Of a DNA stretch of 64,000 bases, positions 31,848-41,097 are shown piece after piece. Position numbers and translations under genes: made by a program. The stretch comes from Spirochaetia bacterium (GTDB lineage Bacteria > Spirochaetota > Spirochaetia > UBA9216). The DNA is taken from the NCBI GenBank assembly GCA_963675665.1, contig OY776510.1, positions 3,840,001-3,904,000 of the forward strand. The letters are read 5' to 3'. Under the pieces are notes generated by a model. The model had not been told where the DNA came from, did not search any database, and saw nothing but the letters and a program-made list of their open reading frames with translations. Position 1 is the first letter of the stretch. Every line of letters starts with the position of its first letter.

Positions 31848-32516
31848 TTATTTTTGCAGGTAATCGTAACTTGCAACTACCTGTTCCCTGAAAGAACCTT
31901 CTTTTACAAATTTCTGTTGGAAATACGCTGTACCGATAGTAAATGCCCATGGGTTTATTCTTTTCATTACATCAATTCGGTCAAAGCTTGATATACTTCC
32001 GGCAATTACTACAGGAATATCCAGTCTTTTAACAATCATTTCAGAGACTTTCTCAGCTGCATCAACATGTCTGTATGCAAGAAGATCAACTCCTTCGACG
32101 CCTTTTTGCTGTAATTTATAGGCGTCTTCCGTAATTTCTTCAGGAGTTCCTTTTAAAATGCTGGGGTGCCCTTCTATTTTCCCGCAGAAAGGGAAATATG
32201 CTTTTTTATTTTCCTTTAAATAGGTAAATACAGACTCAAAAAATACCGTGCCCATCAAATAATCAAAACCGCATTCAACAGCCAATTCGGCTCCCGCAAG
32301 GCATTCTTTTTCCGTCAAGGATACGATTTCAAGAAAAGTTTCTTTACCGGCAGCTCTCATTTCTTCCACAAGAGCTTTCATTTCATTCTTTGGTAAGCCA
32401 ATATCTTTAAATCCCCAGAATTTCACCGGCAGATCTTTACAGGATTCAAAGACTTCCAGTGCATTTGCTACAGTTTCATCATTGTTGGTTAACATTACGA
32501 TAAGGTTAGGAACCAT
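31848..32516 (-). CDS. Uncharacterised TIM-barrel (ribulose-phosphate-binding-barrel-like) protein
   Basis: GFKDIG, FLEIVS, GVDLLAYR, and VIAGSI...FTIGTA phosphate-binding-like C-terminus. Confidence 0.7.
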   Translation of the reverse strand: MVPNLIVMLTNNDETVANALEVFESCKDLPVKFWGFKDIGLPKNEMKALVEEMRAAGKETFLEIVSLTEKECLAGAELAVECGFDYLMGTVFFESVFTYLKENKKAYFPFCGKIEGHPSILKGTPEEITEDAYKLQQKGVEGVDLLAYRHVDAAEKVSEMIVKRLDIPVVIAGSISSFDRIDVMKRINPWAFTIGTAYFQQKFVKEGSFREQVVASYDYLQK

Positions 32517-32544
32517 TTATTCTCTCCTTAACTTTTATTGATCT

Positions 32545-32756
32545 ATTATCAGGCATACATTTTCTATTGTCAAGTTTTTTCTTTCGTTCGATATATTTTA
32601 TATAGTGTTTTTCTTTCTATCAACACCTTTTTTATATATTATATATAGCTTTTTAACATTTTTTCTTTCGTTTTTCTTTTCTTTTATATATCTTATCTTT
32701 TTTTCGCAATTTTTTTCGCAATATTTATTGCAAAGTTTATTAAGATACTCTATACT
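32545..32756. promoter_or_regulatory. Divergent sigma70 promoters with CTTTC-type direct repeats (DeoR/AgaR-like operators)
   Basis: Minus: TTGACA-N17-GATAAT (32573-32545). Plus: TTGCAA-N17-TATACT (32728-32756). Repeats TTTTCTTTCG at 32577 and 32661, and TTTTCGCAAT twice. Confidence 0.65.
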
Positions 32757-32786
32757 GAAAAACATAAAATGGTCCAAAGGAAGGTC

Positions 32787-33584
32787 ATGCAGAATAAACT
32801 AACTAAAAAAGAAAGAAAAGCAGAAATTCTAAAGAAACTGGGAGAACAGGGTTCTGTAGAAGTAACGTCACTCTCCCAACTTTTTACAGTCAGCGAAATG
32901 AGCGTAAGAAACGACTTGAATGAACTTGCAGATGAAGGCAAACTTATCAGAAAACACGGGGGAGCCTACTCTATCAGTAACTCCATACAAAACAGGGAGA
33001 TTCCTTTAACAGAAAAGCAGAAAAAGAATTTCAAGGAAAAAGATCTTATAGGACAGGCGGCGGCATCTCTTTTAAAAGCGGGAGACTCCATTATGCTGGA
33101 TGCAGGAACAACTACCGAACATATTGCGCTTCATCTTAATAAATCAGGAGACCTTACAGTAATTACAAACGGCGTAAATATAATGAACCTGCTTATGCAT
33201 TATCCAGGTGTAACAACTTATACCGTGGGCGGTAAAATGGACAGCAAATCTTTCTCTATAATCGGGGAGATGGCTGAAAAAGATCTTAAGAATTATATTG
33301 CAAAGATATCCTTTATTTCGGCCGACGGTCTGACTATTGAAAACGGTTTAACAAATAACAGCCATGAAGCGACAAATATTTCAAGAATTTTAATATCAAA
33401 TTCCCAACAATGCATCCTTGTTATCGATGCCGATAAAATTAATGAAACCGGAATAATCTCATTATGTCCGATTACCGATATTGATATCCTTTTAACAGAT
33501 TCGCGAGCGCCGGAATCTTTTCTAAAGGAAGTAGAGAATATGGGGGTTAAGGTACTGATTGCCGAAGAAATTCTCGGCGTTTGA
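32787..33584 (+). CDS. DeoR/GlpR-family (AgaR-like) transcriptional regulator
   Basis: HTH 'VSEMSVRNDL', LDAGTTT, VITNG. Confidence 0.92.
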   Translation: MQNKLTKKERKAEILKKLGEQGSVEVTSLSQLFTVSEMSVRNDLNELADEGKLIRKHGGAYSISNSIQNREIPLTEKQKKNFKEKDLIGQAAASLLKAGDSIMLDAGTTTEHIALHLNKSGDLTVITNGVNIMNLLMHYPGVTTYTVGGKMDSKSFSIIGEMAEKDLKNYIAKISFISADGLTIENGLTNNSHEATNISRILISNSQQCILVIDADKINETGIISLCPITDIDILLTDSRAPESFLKEVENMGVKVLIAEEILGV

Positions 33585-34096
33585 AAACTTATACAGGAAT
33601 GGCTTTTTTGGATAACAATTTTATAGAAATTAAATATTTGGCAGACTGCCCGGAATATATCAATATTATTGCGGAATGGCTTTACGAGGAATTCGGCCGT
33701 TACCATCATGCCGATTCAAAAGAAAATCGGGTAAAAAGATTAAAGAGTTATTGCAATAAACATATCCTTCCAATCACATTTACTGCATCATACAAAAGCA
33801 ATCCGATTGCTACAGCCAGCCTTCTGAAACAGAACATGGATTCACACCCTGAATTATCGCCCTGGCTCGCAAGCGTATATACACTGTCAGACTTTAGAAA
33901 CCGTGGCATCGCAAAGTTATTAATAAATCATGTTATAAAAAAAGCCTGTGAATTGAATTTCGAACATCTGTTTTTATTCACAGACGAATTTGCAGCTTAT
34001 TACAATAAATTCGGATGGGAAACAATACTTGTTGAAGAATATTATCAGGAGCGTGTATCGTTGATGAAGCTGGACATTACCAATTTCCCGCAATGA
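33581..34096 (+). CDS. GNAT N-acetyltransferase
   Basis: PWLASVY...FRNRGIAKLL; YYNKFGW. Confidence 0.85.
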   Translation: MKTYTGMAFLDNNFIEIKYLADCPEYINIIAEWLYEEFGRYHHADSKENRVKRLKSYCNKHILPITFTASYKSNPIATASLLKQNMDSHPELSPWLASVYTLSDFRNRGIAKLLINHVIKKACELNFEHLFLFTDEFAAYYNKFGWETILVEEYYQERVSLMKLDITNFPQ

Positions 34097-34175
34097 ACAC
34101 CATGAAACCCGGCATAAGGGCAATTTACTTCCCTTATGCCGACCGGCGTATTATATTATTTTTAGAGGTGAAAAT

Positions 34176-34484
34176 ATGGGATTCTGGGAAAGATCAAAAG
34201 AAATGCTTAACAAGGGCGTAATATCAACAAAAGAAGTTATTGAAACCGCCGGCGAAAAAAGCAAGGAGATTGGAGAAAAAGGAGTTGCAAAACTTACCAT
34301 TATGCAGCTTGAAAAACAGGCGGAAAACAGGTTTGCACAGATTGGCCGTCATGTTTATCAAATTCTTATAAAAGAGGGCCAGCAGACTATCTCCAGAGGA
34401 ACAGATGATATTAAGAAACTATTGTCTGAGGTTGAGAAAATAGAAAAAGATATAGACGAATACGAGAAAACACTGAAAAGCTGA
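34176..34484 (+). CDS. Hypothetical coiled-coil protein
   Basis: GAGGTG RBS; 102 aa, charged and helical. Confidence 0.7.
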   Translation: MGFWERSKEMLNKGVISTKEVIETAGEKSKEIGEKGVAKLTIMQLEKQAENRFAQIGRHVYQILIKEGQQTISRGTDDIKKLLSEVEKIEKDIDEYEKTLKS

Positions 34485-34489
34485 GATTG

Positions 34490-35554
34490 CTACAGCCAGC
34501 GTTTTCGCCTGAACAATCTCAGTAATATCAGTGATACAATCAGAAATATGCCCCACATAATAAAGTAACTGTATCTGAAATGGAGTTCCGGCACATAATC
34601 AAAATTGGTGCCGTAGATTCCGGCGATGAAAGTGAGCGGGATAAATATTGCAGAAAAGATGGTAAGTATCTTCATGATTTCGTTCAAGCGGTTGCTTACG
34701 CTTGTATTATAGATATTTAGATGATCAGAGAGCATTTCTCGGTAACTGTCGATTGCGTCTACTGTCTGATTTGAAAGATCCAGAAGATCTTTCAGAAAAG
34801 GTATTGTTTCTTCCTGAATCAGCTCCGAATCTATTCTGGAAAGCTGAAGCAGGAATTCTCTTACAGGCCTCAACTGTTTGCGAAGATAATTCATTTCCCT
34901 TTTGTAATTATTGATCCTGGCAAGAACTTCCTGCGTAGGATTCCTTAGTATCTGCTCCTCGATATCTTCTATCTGTTCTCCCAGCCTTTCAATAATAATA
35001 AAGTAGTTATCTATAATAGTATCAAGAAGCGCATATGCCAGATAATCAATTCCGACCTTGCGTATCCGTCCTTTATGTTTTCTGATCCTGTTGCGGACCG
35101 GCTCAAAAACATCACCCGGTCTTTCCTGAAATGTAAGGAGAAAAGTTTTACCGAGAATAATACTCAACTGTTCACTTTGGATCTCTTGCTTTTCCTCATC
35201 ATAGTGCATCATTTTAATACCGAAAAACAGGTAATCATCATAGTCTTCCATTTTGGGTCTTTGTCCGGTATTTACAATGTCCTCGGTCACCAGGGCGTGG
35301 AGGTCAAACCCGCTGCCTATTTGCCTGATCAGGTCGGTATCGTGAAGCCCATTAATATTGAGCCATGTAACAGTATTTGTTTCCTTATACGGAAGCCCTT
35401 CTTTTATTTCATGAAGTGTTTTCTCGCTCAGTTTCTCATGGTCATAATCAATTAATGATATCGTTGATTCCTCAACCTTCTGTTCTCCAATAAAAATAAG
35501 TTCACCCGGAGCCTGACCTATTGCTGCAACTTTATTTTTCAAAAATCTGGCCAT
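34490..35554 (-). CDS. corA: Magnesium/cobalt transporter CorA
   Basis: GQAPG N-terminus, QRPKME, FIPLTFIAGIYGTNF..PEL. Confidence 0.93.
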   Translation of the reverse strand: MARFLKNKVAAIGQAPGELIFIGEQKVEESTISLIDYDHEKLSEKTLHEIKEGLPYKETNTVTWLNINGLHDTDLIRQIGSGFDLHALVTEDIVNTGQRPKMEDYDDYLFFGIKMMHYDEEKQEIQSEQLSIILGKTFLLTFQERPGDVFEPVRNRIRKHKGRIRKVGIDYLAYALLDTIIDNYFIIIERLGEQIEDIEEQILRNPTQEVLARINNYKREMNYLRKQLRPVREFLLQLSRIDSELIQEETIPFLKDLLDLSNQTVDAIDSYREMLSDHLNIYNTSVSNRLNEIMKILTIFSAIFIPLTFIAGIYGTNFDYVPELHFRYSYFIMWGIFLIVSLILLRLFRRKRWL

Positions 35555-35622
35555 GTTTCCTCCCATGGTTTAAGCGTTTTTCATTTTTTAATTTATTGTT
35601 TAAATATTATTCCAATCAGTGA

Positions 35623-36579
35623 TCAAAAAAGATTAAAACCGATTTTAATGCCGGCTTTTAACTGAAACCGGTTTTTCTCAAAAAATGTCGGATCCAAAAA
35701 GTCTTTGAACATTGGTGCTTCCCAGCTTTTATCTTGCCAAAAATCACTGTAGGTTTTTGTAAATCGGGCATCAAGCAGATCAAGCCCCTCACAGAATATA
35801 CTGACGGAAACAAGGTTAGCCTGGCCCAGGAGTTCTTCGGACATAACAGTATACCCACGAAAAACAACAAAATCTGCACCCAGTCCGGAAAACCAGATGC
35901 CGTCGCTGCCGGACTGAGCTACACCATCCTTAATCCAGCCGGTACTGCTGCTGACGATTGAAACATAATGATTTACAATGTAAGCCTTGATAACCGGCAT
36001 ATATTTAAAAGGCAGACGGAATATAATCCCGTAGTACCATGACCATGCACCAGCCATGGGATCGGTCATCATAGTGTTTATCAGCGAATCGCCGTATTCA
36101 AAAACATCAAGCTTTTTCTGATCGTCAGCGCTTAATGAGCCCCCTTCATAGATAATTGCTTCCAATTCGGCAAGAATCTCCTCGTATTCCGTACACCTCC
36201 GGTAATGTTCAGAAAGATTTTTCTGGAAAGAATCTTTGTAATCAGAACCCCAAACCGGAGAGATTCCGATAAACGGGGCAATAAGCAGTCCTTTATTCAT
36301 AAAAACAAAAGGATTAATACCGGTTTCTATATATAAACCGCTGCCTAAACCGGAATAACCACCAAGTATTTCCGTTTTGTTTCCGATATCAAAATAAAAT
36401 ATGCCGACATTATTGTCCGGGTATAAATGAGATATAAAATCATCATCCATATCCAGAAATGAATAACCCGGGAACCCGAAGACCAGAGCTGGCGTTACAG
36501 CAAAGATAAAAATCAATAATAAAAAAAACGGTTTTTTTATTGCTTTCTGTCTTATTTTATCAAAATCGAATGTGCTCAT
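35623..36579 (-). CDS. Hypothetical exported protein, possible outer-membrane beta-barrel
   Basis: Signal-like hydrophobic N-terminus; Gly/aromatic-rich strands; C-terminal ...GIKIGFNLF. Confidence 0.6.
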   Translation of the reverse strand: MSTFDFDKIRQKAIKKPFFLLLIFIFAVTPALVFGFPGYSFLDMDDDFISHLYPDNNVGIFYFDIGNKTEILGGYSGLGSGLYIETGINPFVFMNKGLLIAPFIGISPVWGSDYKDSFQKNLSEHYRRCTEYEEILAELEAIIYEGGSLSADDQKKLDVFEYGDSLINTMMTDPMAGAWSWYYGIIFRLPFKYMPVIKAYIVNHYVSIVSSSTGWIKDGVAQSGSDGIWFSGLGADFVVFRGYTVMSEELLGQANLVSVSIFCEGLDLLDARFTKTYSDFWQDKSWEAPMFKDFLDPTFFEKNRFQLKAGIKIGFNLF

Positions 36580-36707
36580 ATTCTTCAATAAATATTTTTA
36601 TATTAACTCCTGTAAAAAACTTAAATCAGTTTCCCGTGGCTGTCAACTTTTTTATTTTGCAGTAATTATATGAATCTATTTGATCTGAATCCGATTGAAG
36701 ACGGTTT

Positions 36708-37457
36708 CTATAATGTTTTTACAAGCGAAACCAGTTCCGGCAATCCTGATATTATATTGGTAGAGTTCCGCTCTTTTCCTGTTTCACGGTTTTTCCCCAC
36801 AGTAAAATCAAGCGCCGTCTCATCCGTTCCGCGAACCAGCCGCTGAATCAGAACAGGTTTCATATTTGCTGCTTCAGCAGCAAGAATATCGTCTTCGGTA
36901 TCTCCTACATATACTATATCGGCTGCATCAAGCCCTGTTTCTTCCAGGGCCCGGACAAAAATCTCCGGATCCGGTTTCTTTACACCTACTTCCGCCGATA
37001 CAACAATAGTGTCGAAAAAACCGTCGAGATTATACTTTTCAAGATACTTCCTGACATGCCTGGGATGATCAAAATTACTGACAAGACCAAGGGTAAAATT
37101 ACTGTTTAATCTTTCCAGCGTCGGAACTGCATCAGGATCAGGTTCTATAAATTTTTGCCAGCTCTCAACCATTATATCTGCTGTCGATATAACATCGTTT
37201 ATTGAAACCTCCAGCTCTTCAGCCAGGGCCAGGTCAATAATCCTGTTTTCCAGCAATGTTAAATCTTTATTGATTACTGCGGGCTCTTCCCGTCCAAAAA
37301 ACTGATCACAGGCATTTGAAAAATCCTTCTTCGACATTTTAAGGCCGAGATCACTCAAGCAGGAATAAAATGTATTCAGCCAGACAGTCCATGCCTTTTT
37401 CATATCGCCATAGAGAAATAAGGTACCGTATAAATCAAAAAAGATTCCCCGTATCAT
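36708..37457 (-). CDS. HAD-superfamily hydrolase
   Basis: FDLYGTL, VSN, KKPDP, VGDTEDD. Confidence 0.9.
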   Translation of the reverse strand: MIRGIFFDLYGTLFLYGDMKKAWTVWLNTFYSCLSDLGLKMSKKDFSNACDQFFGREEPAVINKDLTLLENRIIDLALAEELEVSINDVISTADIMVESWQKFIEPDPDAVPTLERLNSNFTLGLVSNFDHPRHVRKYLEKYNLDGFFDTIVVSAEVGVKKPDPEIFVRALEETGLDAADIVYVGDTEDDILAAEAANMKPVLIQRLVRGTDETALDFTVGKNRETGKERNSTNIISGLPELVSLVKTL

Positions 37458-37626
37458 ATATTTTCCTTTCTGTTATCGCATTATATTTATAAAACTTTCT
37501 GTTTGCCGGATTATATATAATATACGGATCGCTATCAACCTGCAGAACCAATCGTCCGTGATACAAATCCTGTTCTACCGTAAAAAATGTCAAGAAAAAA
37601 GTTGGTAGTCACAATAAGTAAATTCC

Positions 37627-37635
37627 TGATATAAT
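37627..37635 (+). promoter_or_regulatory. Extended -10 promoter upstream of the riboswitch
   Basis: TGATATAAT (TGnTATAAT) about 13 nt before the aptamer. Confidence 0.6.
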
Positions 37636-37647
37636 ACTCAAGTATTA

Positions 37648-37744
37648 ATCTCCGAGCCGACTTTCCTAAGGGACTAACCTATGGAAACAGGCCGTCAGGT
37701 TGTACCGGAAACGGTACCAGCCCCCCGTGTTTGGAAAGGAGAGA
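37648..37744 (+). ncRNA. Moco/Tuco riboswitch (MOCO_RNA_motif), P3-less tungsten-cofactor variant
   Basis: CTCCGAGC...CCTAAG...TATGG-aaacag-GCCGT-CAGG...GTACCG-GAAA-CGGTAC...CCCCCGTGTTTGGAAAGGAG. Matches the moaA-leader conserved blocks, with no P3 insert between GCCGT and CAGG. Confidence 0.88.
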
Positions 37745-37867
37745 AAGTGAACTGTTGCCCATATCATCCCGTTATTTTTATCTCACCTGTGTTTATCTAC
37801 ATTGAAAACAACAAGCTACAGCAGCATCTCTCCCTGTCAAATAAATCCTATACAGCAGGTAAACCAG

Positions 37868-40048
37868 ATGAAATGCTCAATATGCGAATTACGATGTGAT
37901 GTTACTGAAACCTTTTTCGGCCGCTGCGGGATGTACGTCCTGAATGAAACTGAAATCGTTCCCCGTTTTGAAAACCAGATATCCTCTTTTACAGTCGGCC
38001 GGATTGAAGATGTTCCGATACTTCACTATTACCCCGGCAGCCTAACCCTTCTTGCCGGAACAGTGAGCTGTAATTTCGACTGTCCATACTGCGAAAACAG
38101 TTATATCGCCCGGGAATCGTGGGAAAAACTGTTCCGCTATCAGATATCTCCCCGGGAACTTGTGCAAAAAGCCCGTTCCCTGGAATGCATGAATATTGCC
38201 TTTAACGTGAACGAACCGGCCGTCTCCTTCCCGTACTTTCTTGAAACGGCCGCAACCGCCCGGTCCGCAGGGCTCCATGCCGGCTGCGCAACCAACGGTT
38301 ATTTTACACGTGAAGGAATTGAGACCCTTGCAGAAAACATCGACTTCGCCAATGTCAGCCTTAAATCAATCAGCGATGATTTTTACAAAAAATCCTGCCG
38401 TGTTCCCGGTGTCGCTCCAGTGATCAGGAATATCGACATTCTTCAACAGAAGGGTGTACATGTGGAGGTGACTACTCCCGTTACACCGGATATGAATGAA
38501 GAAGATATAGAAAAAATATCCGGAATTCTGGGCGGCATAAGCAGAGACATTCCCTGGCATATATTCTGGCTTCTGCCTGAATACAAGATGGAGTCAGATG
38601 ACCATGTGCCGGTTGAACGGCTTCTGGCCATGAAAGAAATTGCGCACAGCAGCCTTAATCATGTTTTTCTGGGCAACCTGGTGGGATCGGAATGGCTTGA
38701 TACAGCCTGTCCTGATTGCGGATCGGTCATTGTGAAGCGGCTCAATGCCATGGGCTGCGGCTGTCAGATTGTAGAAGACAATCTGAACGGAGGACTCTGT
38801 CCGAACTGCGGTTCGCCGGTCAGTTTGGAGGGCCCCCTTTCCCTTGAATTCGCAGCCGCGGATGATTCTGCGACGCAGTCCTGGAAAAAAGATCCGCTGA
38901 GCCTGGGCCTGCTGGATGTACACGGATATCAGAAACTTTTTGACTTCAGGACCGGCGAAAGAATGGAACACCCGTCGCCGATTATTTCGAAGGTAAAAAA
39001 GCTTATCAGCGGCCGGCCGTATCCCGGAGATCAGAAGCCCGAATCGGACACCTGGGTAACGGATCTTGCACTGGAAATGATGGACATCTACCAGCCGGAG
39101 CTTGTTGTCCTTGATTACGCCCAGGCATGGTTTCTGGCGGTTAATCAGCCGGACGGGAAGAAAGAGGCCTTTGACAATATTTTTTCCAATGTAAACAGAT
39201 TTCTCGACAGCACCGGATTTGAACCCATGGTTGTAGGCACCGGAGGATTTGAAACCGTCGAAAGAATCATCGATCTGGAAAAATACTTCAGGACTGAAGA
39301 GATAATCCTGTCCAGCGGCAAATATGCCTATTTCAACCGGTCGTCTATAAAGGACCTTTCACAGGAAATACTTCAGGAACTGTCCGATATCTGGGACCTG
39401 TATACCCGGGATGAATTCCTTGCCGGCCTGGAATCATCCTATTCCGACGACTTTGCCATGTATATACACGATTTCATTGCCGTTGCCAAACCTGGAGTAA
39501 TGTTCAAGGGATTGAGCAGTTTTATCCGGATTAACGACTACACTTCATCACTGGATCGTTACATTCCGGTATATACCACACTGGATATTCCGGAAGATAT
39601 TACCCGGGTGGTTCCCGTCTCCTGCGATGCTGTCCGATCCGGTAAAAAGGTGGCCCTGATCATTATAGAAGGAGCCGGCCTTTCGTCTTTCCCGTTTACC
39701 GGCACCGCAAAATGCAGAAACCACGACGGCCTTTATACATATCAGATGCATGAACAGTATATAAGCCTGGGGACAGGCACTCATTACAGCAGCAGTGATT
39801 TCCGTTTTCCACTGGGCAGGGATTACTGGCTCAGGGATTACAGACCCTATCCTTTTTCAGGACGATTTCACAGGTTCCTGCAGAATACCCCTCAAAAACG
39901 AACCAGCCCGTTAAAAAGCCTTTCGGTAGGAAACAGAAATATCCATACCCATGTCTGTCTTGAAGCTGATATATCTCTGGAATGCTACTGCTGCTACCAG
40001 CATAACTTCGGAACAATGGCCGTGTTTCATGAAGAAGCACTGACCTGA
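37868..40048 (+). CDS. AmmeMemoRadiSam-like radical SAM enzyme fused to a ~400-aa unknown (alkaline-phosphatase-superfamily-like?) domain
   Basis: N-terminal CxxC...C...C, radical SAM CNFDCPYC, NEP, TNGY, CPDCG/CPNCG zinc ribbon; long C-terminal extension. ATG 37868 preferred. Confidence 0.85.
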   Translation: MKCSICELRCDVTETFFGRCGMYVLNETEIVPRFENQISSFTVGRIEDVPILHYYPGSLTLLAGTVSCNFDCPYCENSYIARESWEKLFRYQISPRELVQKARSLECMNIAFNVNEPAVSFPYFLETAATARSAGLHAGCATNGYFTREGIETLAENIDFANVSLKSISDDFYKKSCRVPGVAPVIRNIDILQQKGVHVEVTTPVTPDMNEEDIEKISGILGGISRDIPWHIFWLLPEYKMESDDHVPVERLLAMKEIAHSSLNHVFLGNLVGSEWLDTACPDCGSVIVKRLNAMGCGCQIVEDNLNGGLCPNCGSPVSLEGPLSLEFAAADDSATQSWKKDPLSLGLLDVHGYQKLFDFRTGERMEHPSPIISKVKKLISGRPYPGDQKPESDTWVTDLALEMMDIYQPELVVLDYAQAWFLAVNQPDGKKEAFDNIFSNVNRFLDSTGFEPMVVGTGGFETVERIIDLEKYFRTEEIILSSGKYAYFNRSSIKDLSQEILQELSDIWDLYTRDEFLAGLESSYSDDFAMYIHDFIAVAKPGVMFKGLSSFIRINDYTSSLDRYIPVYTTLDIPEDITRVVPVSCDAVRSGKKVALIIIEGAGLSSFPFTGTAKCRNHDGLYTYQMHEQYISLGTGTHYSSSDFRFPLGRDYWLRDYRPYPFSGRFHRFLQNTPQKRTSPLKSLSVGNRNIHTHVCLEADISLECYCCYQHNFGTMAVFHEEALT

Positions 40049-40071
40049 AAAATAATGGAGGAGAATCTCAA

Positions 40072-41097
40072 ATGTTAAAACACAAAAAACCGGGATCATT
40101 TTCAAAATTCGTTCTTATCATCATTGTCATGAGTCTCACGGCATCCTTTGTGATGGCCGAAGGCAGAACAATATCCGACCAGACCGGCGCAGCCGTTACT
40201 TTACCGGACCAGGTCGACAGAGTGGTTACTGTCTACCCGATGGCGACACTCATTATCTACAGCCTGAAGGGCCAGGATAAAATTGTCGGAATTGATTCCA
40301 ACAGTCCGAAGAACAAGGTGCTTCAGGCCCTTGACGGGAATATCGAAAATATTACAAAAGTCGGGATGCCCTGGGAAGTAAATACTGAATCGGTTGTAGC
40401 AGTTGACCCGGATGTCGTAATAGGCGGATTCGGAGAGGTGCGGAATAACCTTGAAGCCCTTGGACTGCCTGTTATCGGACTTGACCTTGAGAGCCCGGAA
40501 AAACTCAAGGAAGGTATTCTACTTATAGGTGAATGCATCGGCAAAAATAAAGAAGCCGACGCGTTGATTGCTTATTATGACGAGAAAATGTCGTATATTT
40601 CCTCAAAAACAGCATCAATCCCGGAGAAAAAGCGCACCCGTGTTCTGATTCCGAACAAGACGGGGGTTAATTCATGTACCGGCGGAGATTCATATCAGAA
40701 CTTCCTTATTGAAGGGGCCGGAGGTATTAATGTAGCTGAAGCAATTACCGGACGCTGGCCGGAGGCTTCACTGGAACAGATTATGATCTGGAACCCGCAG
40801 GTTATTATTGTACCTCCGTACTGCGCGGAAACCGTTGATGACATTCTGGGCAATTCCGCCTGGGAAGATATCGACGCTGTTAAAAACAAACGCGTATTCG
40901 CCATGCCCGGCTATACCGTTGCATGGGACACTCCTGTAGCTGATTCATTTCTCGGAGAAATCTGGATTGCCGGGAAACTTTACCCTGAACTCTTTTCTGA
41001 TCTGGATTTTTCAAAGGAAGTAAAAAACTTCTACTCGGATTTCTACGGTATACACATGAGCAACAGTGACGTTGAGGCATTGCTGCTTTCCGATTGA
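40072..41097 (+). CDS. Class III (BtuF/FhuD/MolA-type) ABC substrate-binding protein
   Basis: Signal peptide, 'DQTGAAVTLPDQVDRVV', 'WEDIDAVKNKRV'. Confidence 0.9.
   Translation: MLKHKKPGSFSKFVLIIIVMSLTASFVMAEGRTISDQTGAAVTLPDQVDRVVTVYPMATLIIYSLKGQDKIVGIDSNSPKNKVLQALDGNIENITKVGMPWEVNTESVVAVDPDVVIGGFGEVRNNLEALGLPVIGLDLESPEKLKEGILLIGECIGKNKEADALIAYYDEKMSYISSKTASIPEKKRTRVLIPNKTGVNSCTGGDSYQNFLIEGAGGINVAEAITGRWPEASLEQIMIWNPQVIIVPPYCAETVDDILGNSAWEDIDAVKNKRVFAMPGYTVAWDTPVADSFLGEIWIAGKLYPELFSDLDFSKEVKNFYSDFYGIHMSNSDVEALLLSD

Noticed and set aside
32605-32802. Phe-rich 65-aa ORF
   Set aside because: Product of the T-rich operator/promoter region.
34110-34141. 11-bp hairpin after the GNAT gene
   Set aside because: No U-tract on either strand and no riboswitch motif; at most a weak terminator or stabiliser.
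37470-37540. Possible ModE box upstream of the riboswitch
   Set aside because: AT-rich TATATA runs lack a convincing CGNTATATA-N-TATATANCG dyad.
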